Notes under the pieces: model-generated
What the model was told of the DNA's origin: nothing
Seen by the model: only the letters and a program-made list of their open reading frames with translations
Database searches by the model: none
Assembly: GCA_024626585.2 (NCBI GenBank)
Contig: JANKJI020000004.1
Span: 29,934,888 to 29,953,848 of the forward strand
DNA from: Ginkgo biloba
Taxonomy: Eukaryota; Plantae; Ginkgophyta
Length of the DNA: 18,961 nt
Reading direction: 5' to 3'
Made by a program: the position numbers and the translations under genes
Shown here: piece after piece, positions 10,090 through 18,961 of the stretch
Layout: every line of letters begins with the position of its first letter
Numbering within the stretch: position 1 is the first letter of the stretch

Positions 10090-11969
10090 ACAAACATCAT
10101 GGAAGATCCCACAAAAGTATGGCAATCATTAATACCTAGACTGGCCAAGGTCGTGGCCACAAATCAATCACCAAAAGGGCACCCCTGAGTTGGATTAAAT
10201 CACTCTCAAACATTTCTCTTAAGTAGTGGGTAAGAGAGCTCTTTAGTTTGTAACTCTTTAATGTAAGAATATAGAATGACATCTTAGCATTAGGGGGCAA
10301 GCCATAATCCAAAGGCATATAACGATTATAAAGACTTCTCCTCTCCATCAACGTACAAGGGAAAGTGTAATACTTGCCAGAGAAATATCCTCGAGCATGA
10401 ATGAAAGAATAAAATTAATGGAGACCTCAATTTAAAACTTAAGAAAGGAAATTAGGCAATTAAAGGATGCAATTCAAGGGATTACGACTATCAAGATCTA
10501 TGTGAAACTCCCTTAGCGATACTAGCGCGACTATGAATCATTTTTGGGTTATAGTTTCTCCCAACTTTTCAACAATATCCTAGGCGATAGTTTTCCTGAA
10601 TGTTGTCCTTCTGGTTAAATATCCGGTGGCAATTTTTTTATTTTTTCCTATTTGTTTCTCTTAAATGACATATATGCTTTAATCATCTATAATCACATAA
10701 TTAGAATCATCGACCTAGTTGAATAGTTCAAGCGCTATGTACTTTATTATACTTTGTACTCAAATCCTTCGAGAAGTTGTTAATGCGATATTTTGTATAA
10801 TAATTTTTTATAATATAAACACCCAACTTTTTGATTAAACAATAATGATATGCCATTGATATAGTTGCTTAAAATATGTGGATTTGATTGATAAGAGTTA
10901 ATGCCTTCATCATCGTGACCAAAGTTCATCTTCATAGTATATATTTGAACTCTATATGCTACATATCACAATAGTGGGAGTAATTATTGGCTTATTTTAA
11001 AAACTCACGCTACAAAAATAATTTGATCCATTCTCCAAAAAACTAAGAGCCACATGGTGGCAAGTCTCTACTTTTAGTGATTATTTTTATTAAGGAAATN
11101 NNNNNNNNNNNNNNNNNNNNNNNNNNNNNNNNNNNNNNNNNNNNNNNNNNNNNNNNNNNNNNNNNNNNNNNNNNNNNNNNNNNNNNNNNNNNNNNNNNNT
11201 TATCTGTTGTTCCTAGGAGAGTATTATAATACACTTAGATTAAAAAATATTGAGTCTTTCACTTAAGAGAAATGAGTTCATTTATACATTAATCCATTTT
11301 AAAACCTTTTGGAAAATATTTATACCTTGTAAATTCCCTTCTCATATCACAACCAAATGTTCAGATGTTTCATACCTCCTCTCTTTATGGTATTCCTAAC
11401 TAATACCCCATCTAACTATCACCTCAACCTACCTTTTCTCAACTCTAATATTGTCTATAAAGCTATTATTAAATTGAAATCTAGCAAAATTGATAACATC
11501 AAAGGCATTCAATTAGTGTTTTTATAGTATATCATGGTATTCCTTGCACATACTATTACTAAACTATTTGATTAAGTAATTTTCTTGGATTTAAATCATT
11601 GGACCCACCATATAATTCATGTCATTGTATAAATCAAGTATTGCTTTAGATCAAGAGAATTAAAGGACTACTATGATCAAGAGAATCATAAGATTACTAT
11701 GAAAAATTGTGTTCCAAAACCATCAACATATTCTTATTCGAATGGATAAAGAATATAGTCTTAAATGTTAGACTCCACCTAATATTTTTTCAAGACCATC
11801 GAGCGATACAACTTATCTTTACTTCTAGAGTTAGTATTAAGGAGGCTAGGAATTGGTCTTCCCAAGTCTATTATTACTCGATAAACCTTTAGAAGGCTAT
11901 TAACCTTTAGAAGGGTATTGACCTTTATAAGGGTATCCTATTTGGTTTAATTCACACCTCACATAGGTT

Positions 11970-12800
11970 TTCTAGGGATATTTAAAGCACTATTGCAATT
12001 AAGTAAGGGTGACCCTTTTGCCAACACNNNNNNNNNNNNNNNNNNNNNNGTTGACGAGATTGAGAAATAAATCATTTACACCACCCATAAATATGGTGGT
12101 TTACCCTTGTATTAGGTTCTAACATATATGTCTCTCTTTATAGATGATATTCACTATTATTTATCTTCTACTCTTAAAGGGATATAGAGACAACTAGACT
12201 TCCTTGCATCCGTTTATAACAACAAGCATTTGGAATTCAACCTAATAAGATAAGTTATGGATTTAAATATAGAGAGGTATCTTATCTAGACTTCACTTTA
12301 TTTCTATATGGAAGATTATGGATATTATCACATCCTTTTCAAATTTAAGCATTTAGTTTGCATGCCCTTCATTCAACTTGAGACTAGATTTCTATTCTTG
12401 ATTATATAAGAGTTATGCATCCCTTGTAATTATAGAGAGACAACGTTTTAAACTCTATTTTTGGGACCATTAAGTCTAATATGTAACATTTTGATTCCAT
12501 TATCAAATCCATGGTACTTTATAGGTTAGAGATTTGGGTCTAACCTTGGGTATAGAGAAATGGCATGTATTGACTAACCATAAACAATCATGTTTCCCTT
12601 AATATGTTGTGTAAGGTTAATTTGATGATCATCCTATTTATAATGAGACTTATTTTAGGTTCATATTCCATATTCATAGGATTCATTACATGAAAAGTAT
12701 TATTTTGGAGGAACATATATTCATATCTACCCTTTTGCTTATCTTAGAAGTTGGCATCCTAGCACCAATCCACTTGTAGACGATGTTGGTATTCTAAGGC
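11970..12800 (+). mobile_element. RTE-like non-LTR retrotransposon RT fragment, heavily decayed
   Basis: STIAIK*G*/PLLPT..VDEIEK (=GIKQGCPLSPTLF..ID.LE), SLFIDDI...GI*RQLDFLAS...LEFNL (YADD box at 12137-12148), and IIKSMVLYRLEIW (=V.PxLLYGxExW, ending 12537), which is typical of RTE-type rather than L1 ORFs. May extend upstream to about 11500. Confidence 0.7.
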
Positions 12801-13387
12801 TTCAATACTACTATATATATTATAAACATGCCTATAAATTATTTATCCTTATTTAATTTTTTTTGGGTGCTCCTTAGCATATTGTTTTACCCATCAGAAG
12901 ATTAATGAATCCATTTGAGATGGCATGTACCAAATATATATACAAACTATATGAATTGTTCCCTCCCAACGTCATATCCCCAAGTTCATCCTTTTCACTC
13001 AACATTTTCTTATTATTTTATATGGTGTCATTATTCTCCCAAATTACCTCAAGCCTCACTAGTTCTATAGGTTGTGATTTTCACTGGGTCACCCTCAGGT
13101 TTTCTCATATTAGCTTTAGATTAGATATAGATCATTGTATACATAAGGATCATTGCATTTGTAGACTTTAATATTCAGACATAGAGACATAGGAGACTTT
13201 CATATTTAGGTGCCAAAGTATTATGGGATTAAAAAGAGATTGTAGAGAATAATTAGGGTTTCACAACTCAATTTAACTATAAATGAATATAAATTCATAA
13301 ACTATAGTAAATTACATATGAATCATAGACTAAAATCAAATACTAATGTATTAGAAGCCAAGAAAATAAAATATGGTTTCTATAGAA

Positions 13388-13775
13388 TGTCACAAGGCAC
13401 TCACTTGAGTCTAAAAGTTTATAAGGGACTCGTATGAGAAAACATCGAGCCACAACTCTAAATAATGACTTAAAGTTCTAATTTTGATTATAAATGAATC
13501 TTAAATATTGTTATATACTTAAAATGGGACTCCTTAGCCTAACCTTTATGCTACCTCTATTTATACCTTAAGACACTTTACTATTGTAGTCACCCTTACA
13601 AATATGGGCTCCCACTTATCTATGCATAATAATCATAATGATCCACAATCATATACATTTATTGGAGACACAATATACTTCACCCTTGGAGCATAAATTA
13701 CCATTATCTAATTATGATTCTACACTTGTAGGACCATATATTGGTAATTAGGAGTTTCCCTTTATGGTCACTACA
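13388..13775 (-). mobile_element. Probable 3' LTR of a Gypsy-type element
   Basis: The minus strand starts TGTAGTGAC (13775) right after a decayed purine tract (caagggatgaaa), contains TATAAATAG (about 13557-13565) and ends GTGACA (13388). No TSD. Confidence 0.5.
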
Positions 13776-14357
13776 TTTCATCCCTTGTTGAGATGATTTT
13801 TCCCTAAAGCATTAGTTCATGTGTCCTCTTCTCTTATTGTCTCTCTTCTTCACTGAGCTTCTTCCTCTATGATTTCTTTATAAGTTTGATTCCTTTAGTG
13901 AAGTTAAACCATTGTAAAAATGATTCTTACTTATGATCCCAATATGATCTATTTTCATAATATGCTGAATTTATGATTTCGTGTTCTTTTGTTTTCTCCA
14001 GTATTTGGGCATTATCATCCTTTCTGATCGATTTGTGGGAGCTATATTCTAGCTTCCTTGCCTCTCTTGGAAACACAGATAGAAACTTATATTCGCGGAA
14101 ATATCATAACCTTCGTATACACCGTAGAATTCGTAAACTATGATCTAGGGAATGTTTCAGAAAGGATTTCTGGAAAAAAAATGCCTTTAGAAGGATTCGA
14201 AAAATACAGAGAGTATAGTTGGAAAAAAGGTGCGCGGTCCAAATGATCCCGAAACACTACAAAATGACTGGAAAAGGGCCTTGATAGTGTCTGGAAGGCT
14301 TTGGGACTTATTTCAATGGCCAACAATAACTATTAATCTGGCTGCCAACAGCCCAAC

Positions 14358-14972
14358 ATGGTTGTCGAAACTGCTGCTCATAACAGGCTTTATGATAGTC
14401 TTGAAACAGCCAAGGAATATGTGAAACCTTCCCTAGACGCTGAAATTTTTTCTTTTTTAGCGATAAAGGCCTGGCTTTCGAGGAAATTTTCTGGAAAAAG
14501 ACGGGCATGTTCTGAGAGCAAAATAAAGACGGGAAATGTTTCTTGTCAACGTGCTGATTCTCGCAGCTTTCAAGTATCTTCTGTTCTGAAGTTGCTGCCT
14601 CTCATCAATAGGAAGCATTTGCCTTTACCAGGTTTGGGCCCTAGTTGTCTTTGTAATAAGTCATATAATATGTTTCGTTGCTTAGAAATCCTATCTAGAT
14701 CAATGAAAAATAGACAAGCCGCTGTGAAATCTANNNNNNNNNNGTTACGATCCCATTCCTTAATTGCAGTTAGCAATGGGGTTCATTCTCTAACCACAGT
14801 TAATTGTGGTTATGAGAGCAAAAGGAATCCATCGGATAATGTATATGTGTGATACTTGGCAGGCTATGCTGGGAGCAGGAATCTATCTGCCCATCAGGTT
14901 GCACTTGGTGGCACTCGCAGACAGCGTCCTTTAACCGCACTGAGCAGCCTTAACATGGACAATGGACAGTAA
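14358..14972 (+). CDS. Hypothetical two-exon ORF (14358-14631 + 14863-14972, 127 aa), no recognisable family; may instead be lncRNA or UTR
   Basis: ATG at 14358, donor CAG|GTTTGG at 14632, acceptor ttggcAG at 14862. Phases match (274+110=384 nt), ending in TAA. Local CpGs are retained, and GT-rich 3'UTR-like sequence follows. Confidence 0.25.
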
Positions 14973-15383
14973 ATGGATGCAGCCCAACTGCCCATCAGNN
15001 NNNNNNNNNNNNNNNNNNNNNNNNNNNNNNNNNNNNNATGATTGGAACAAGGATAGGTCCAGTGATATTGTTAGCTAGTGTATGTTTTTAAGGGTGCTCG
15101 GGAATAAAATTATCCACTAGCACCTTCATTTCTATAGAACTCTGTTTTGGGATTATTGGGCTGCTCTATGGAGATGTCTGCAAGTATTTGATTTAACTGT
15201 GAAATAACTCTTTATATTCTACTTCTTCACTGTCATTATTGTTAGTCTGCTACATATTATTATTTTATGCCGTGTATGCTTTTGTGGTGCCATCATTATA
15301 TTCAGTTGAGTGTTCCTCACTTCTGTGGCTTATTGTGTGTGGTCTTATGGTTCACAATCTGTGTTATAATTGTGGATTAAAAC

Positions 15384-15725
15384 CACAGTTACCTAGAAAC
15401 ATGTTTCGCCAAATGTGCCCTTTGGTGAAACATGTTTCCTGCTCAGTTTCAGAAGTAAAACATTGCGCTCCCTGAAACAGTTTTGAAATGCAACTAAAAC
15501 TTTTGCTTAGGAATAAATAGTAAAAGAAATAAGTTCAAATGTAAAACAAATATCTAAAGTAAAAAAATCGGGTATCACTATAAAGTACAAGAATTAGACT
15601 TTGTGGGATTTTAGAAAATTTTGTATATAAAAATCATGTACTGCTAAAAGTCGTGTTTCATTTCATTTTTCTAGATTTTCTGTGAAACACATTTCACACC
15701 AATTTTTGAAAACAAAACCGTAAGC
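15384..15725. repeat. GAAAC/GTTTC-subrepeat element, MITE or hAT-derivative-like remnant
   Basis: The palindrome GAAACATGTTTC occurs twice (about 15396 and 15427), with further GAAAC/GTTTC motifs clustered at both ends of an AT-rich core. No clean TIR or TSD seen. Confidence 0.35.
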
Positions 15726-15846
15726 CCAATCACGAAAGAATGCACAGCTGAATATAATAATGGTACCATATGTGTATTCACAACAGAAAATAATAATATG
15801 TAGTAGAATATAATTATGACAGTCAAAGTAAGACAAAGATGCCTGC

Positions 15847-16051
15847 AGGGCTGTGGTCTAGTCGAAATTATTTTGCACTACTCCATGAAAGACCCATGTT
15901 CAAAACCTGCAGGTGCGCTCAAAGATGCTCATCAAACTGCATCGTGAAATTGATTGTGTGTGGGCTGGAAGGGGCTGGGGGTGGTACCCAGGTGATTTGA
16001 TGGAATAGATTCCATTATCTGCTGTTTCTTAAGTTGAAGTTGTATAAAAAA
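15847..16051 (+). mobile_element. tRNA-derived SINE, degenerate
   Basis: A-box TGGTCTAGTCG at 15854-15864 and B-box GTTCAAAAC at 15898-15906 (33-nt spacer), a GC-richer body and a short A tail (gtataaaaaa, about 16042-16051). TSD not clear. Confidence 0.6.
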
Positions 16052-16530
16052 TTAGACCATAAGGCAAATATAAAAGTTGATTACAAACAGTGAAGTGCCA
16101 ATAGGCATCTCCATTAAGGAGCCCAATGATTCCAATATGGACCCCATAACAAATGGAGGCTTGACAAGCTTGTTAAATCTCCAAGCATCATCAACCTATG
16201 ATTTATGACATAGATCCCTAAAAGCTAGAACACAAGTCTCAATATCTTGCGGCGACTATTATACTACAAAATTTAAGCATCACAACACAAATCCCCAAAA
16301 GACCCTGATACACGATGCCTGATAGCTTTTCAACACACATGCTATTCCACATCAATGGTCCATGTTATAAAGCATAGTAGTTTATTCCAATGGTACAGAA
16401 CCAGATCATAACAAATTCCTTTGTTTAAACTTTAGCATGATTTGATCTCAAATCATGGACAATGGGACACCTATCTCAATGTTGCTTCTTACATTTCCCT
16501 GAACGTCATGTGTGCAATGGCATTCCTAAG

Positions 16531-16859
16531 TGTTTGAGTGAAAAATATACAACAGATCATTGAAACTGAGAGAGAAGAAGAGAATATGAAGAAATGGAAT
16601 TCTATTCACTTCTATTCAATNNNNNNNNNNNNNNNNNNNNGGATGAGACATATTTAAATATGTCTTAGACCATTGCCTACATAAAACTATCTTAACTTCC
16701 ATAATTATAGGAAGTGCTTATTATTCAAATTATATGACATTTAATATAATTAAGTCCTAACTCTAACTGCTAGACTAACCTACATGTGACCTCTACATAA
16801 CTTAGCCATAAGATAAAACTAAGTTATGCATACTAATAAAACAAACATTAATATCTATA
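16531..16859 (-). mobile_element. Copia 3' LTR
   Basis: Follows the PPT TAAGGGGGGG (16870-16861). Starts TATAGATATT (TG>TA decayed) and ends ...CTCAAACA at 16531 after a CT-rich R/U5-like segment. Confidence 0.65.
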
Positions 16860-17640
16860 ACCCCCCCTTAATGGCTATTTTATTAGCCTTTACATTCAAC
16901 ATTTNNNNNNNNNNNNNNNNNNNNNNNNNNNNNNNNNNNNNNNNNNNNNNNNNNNGTCAACAACTTGCTCTTGAGTTGGACAATACAGTGGATTTTTTCT
17001 TTGATGAAGTGATGACGCACTTCAATGTGCTTTGTTCGAGCATGGAAAATTGTTTTTTTCACTAGTTTGAGTACACTTTGATTATCACAGTGGATTGGTA
17101 TCGCCTGTTGTTGTTGAAGACCCATATCGTTGAGAATCTCCTGAAGCCAAATTGACTCACACGTTGCTCCTATTGCTGCTTTGTACTCAACTTCCTTCAA
17201 TGGCCAAGCTACTGTTGTTTGTTTCATGCTGCTCTAAGAAAATGCTCTTGTTTCAAGAGATAAGACATAACCAGATGTTGACTTTCTGTCATCTACTGAC
17301 CTTGCCCAATCAGAGTCAGTGTATCTTGTCAACCTGAAGTCTTCACTTCTGGTAAATGTCAAAGTTCAGTGTTCCCTTCACACACTTCAGTATTCGCTTT
17401 GCAGCTTTCCAGAAACTAACTCTTGGTGCAATCATAAATTTGGAAATCAAATTTATCGCAACACTGATATCTGACCTGGTGTATGTGAGATAGATTAAAC
17501 TCTCGACCAACTATAGATAGAGAGTTTCATCTATCTTCTTCGACTCTTCATTTGCAATAAGCTTCAACCTTGTCCATAGGCGTATTTGCAATTTTGTGAT
17601 TTAACATCCTGAACCTCTTTTGATCCATATCTCAATGGGT
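16860..17640 (-). mobile_element. Ty1/Copia pol 3' part (RT C-terminus + RNase H) and PPT, pseudogenised
   Basis: LVESLIYLTYTRSDI, WKAAKRILKCVKGT, YTDSDWARSVDDRKSTSGY, KQTTVA..EVEYKA, IHCDNQS, FHARTKHIEVRHHFIKEK. Confidence 0.93.
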
Positions 17641-17850
17641 GAGTCAAAATTTTCCAATGTCAGTAATTACTTATTCTTGTTTTTAGATTAATTTATTAAA
17701 AACAAATAAAATTTTGTGTATGATCATGTATGCAGTCCCAACATATTGAANNNNNNNNNNNNNNNNNNNNNNNNNNNNNNNNNNNNNNNNNNNNNNNNNN
17801 NNNNNNNNNNNNNNNNNNNNNNNNNNNNNNNNNNNNNNNNNNNNNNNNNN

Positions 17851-18556
17851 TGTGAATCCAATCGCAACCCATGCCAAAGCTTTGAGGCCAAACCATTTTA
17901 AGAGGAGAGGGCATGTTGTAGATCTAGGTCATAGTATAAACCTACGAGGCATAAAAAAACTTAAAAGAACCCTTATATCTATACAACTAAAATAATCGCA
18001 TCCATTCGGCCCAAATATTATTAAAATAATACCTTCCCCAACCCCGTAAAAAAAAAGAACTGAAATAAAAAAAATAATTCGGGTCTGCAAATTTGACAAA
18101 AATAAGTTAGTGTCAAAAAGATTAATCATAAAAAATAATGAATGAAAAGTTGTGGCTTTGCATGTTCGACTTCTAGAATGTTTGGCGCCCGCCCTGGTGA
18201 CGAAACTCTTGATTGTTCCAAGAGCATTCAATAGACTCGATTGTTCTTGGAGTATTTCGGCTTTAGAGTTTTGTTCTGTGAGTTTGCCTTCTCTAAGTTT
18301 CAATCCGAGTTGCTGAATCCAGATCGGTTTGAATTTGTTTTTCGTTGGTTGTTGCAACAAGAAAATCTTCAAAGGCATTTAATTTTTTGGAAGCAGGTTC
18401 TTGAATGCAATTAGTTTTAAACGGTGAAAATTTTGAATTTCTTGAGCTTGCTTTGAAATTTGGGTTGGCAATGGATGAGTAGTATTTCGGATGGATGAGT
18501 CTTGTGGATTTGTGACGGAGAAAGCTATGCGTCCAACAACTTACAGTAGGTAGCAT
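17851..18556 (-). pseudogene. 5' part of a putative plastid-targeted, membrane-protein-like gene, disrupted or mis-assembled; family unassigned
   Basis: ATG at 18556 opens a Ser/Lys/Arg-rich, acid-poor transit-peptide-like stretch, then TAG at 18295-18293, while an overlapping frame stays open. Intron signals: ACTAAC...TTGCAG (18085), a 52-nt exon (18084-18033), a 91-nt GT-AG intron, and an exon from 17941 to the gap. Confidence 0.45.
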
Positions 18557-18961
18557 TGTGCAATTGGCTCTTGGGCCTTTGAGGGAACATTGAGCCAATT
18601 ACACAGTGCTACTTGCTATAAGTTGTTGGCTGCGTAGACCAGGCGGATTTGTGATAGGGCAACNNNNNNNNNNNNNNNNNNCATTGGAGAAAAAAAAAAG
18701 ATGACAGATAGATCGCCACAAATGTCATTTTCAGTGGGACGGTTGCCATGGCAATTATTTGCAGGGAAAACAAATTATCCAAGAAGAACCAAATCAGAAA
18801 AAGGAAGGTAGATAATAATCAGTGATCACATTCTCTGTTATCTCCTGTACATGCCACCTCCCCAACTCCAGCTGAAGAGCTGCTGATGTGCCATCGTTCC
18901 TTGAGAGGGGTAGTACATGGTCCTATGGATATGGCTTGTTGAGGGGGCTAAGACCGAAGGG

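Larger units (their letters stand above)
5703..10842 (+). mobile_element. Near full-length degenerate plant L1-clade LINE (ORF1 + ORF2 with endonuclease and RNase H; RT core falls in or near the 8951-9050 gap)
   Basis: ORF1, endonuclease, pre-RT and RNase H motifs are collinear on one strand. AT-rich 3' UTR ends ttgattaaacaa (10831-10842). A 16/17 direct repeat flanks the element (5686-5702 and 10843-10859). Linkage across the 100-N gap is assumed. Confidence 0.75.

Noticed and set aside
12905-13171. 88-aa ORF, and the hydrophobic 78-aa ORF at 15239-15475
   Set aside because: T-rich chance ORFs with no domain or splice support.
18033-18230. Resemblance of the spliced peptide to RUS/DUF647, DUF21 or MFS proteins
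   Set aside because: Only scattered identities that depend on speculative splicing and recalled sequences; conserved positions have non-conservative changes.
18865-18961. miR159/319-like fragment (agctgctga) and an HNH-like DHVLPLSR peptide on the minus strand
   Set aside because: No mature miRNA match or hairpin partner in the window; the peptide lacks the remaining HNH residues and is preceded by a stop.
1-18961. CRISPR arrays, operons or prokaryotic defence systems
   Set aside because: The window is eukaryotic plant DNA, with no repeat-spacer array or gene-dense cluster.

Overview
This is an AT-rich, gap-ridden eukaryotic window. Spliceosomal introns, plant L1/RTE/Gypsy/Copia relics and heavy methylation-type decay suggest a large land-plant genome, possibly a gymnosperm (inference). 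One host gene is clear: exons 1-2 of a plastid-targeted histidine-phosphatase/phosphoglycerate-mutase-like protein (At5g62840-type) on the minus strand at 1929-2671. A second, apparently disrupted minus-strand gene with a transit-peptide-like N-terminus lies at about 17851-18556. A CpG-retaining, non-TE island at about 14000-15050 may hold a small two-exon orphan ORF. The rest is decayed transposon DNA: a Gypsy pol fragment, a near full-length plant L1 (ORF1, endonuclease, RNase H, flanking direct repeats), an RTE-like RT, LTR remnants, a tRNA-derived SINE and a Copia 3' end with PPT and LTR. I found no convincing new multi-gene system. The best leads are the catalytic-His-less phosphatase with a non-RR lumen signal and a possible in-frame exitron, a possible tandem second RNase H in the L1, and the orphan island. 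Family assignments come from recalled motifs, not database searches. Exactly-100-N gaps are probably unsized, so linkage across them is uncertain.
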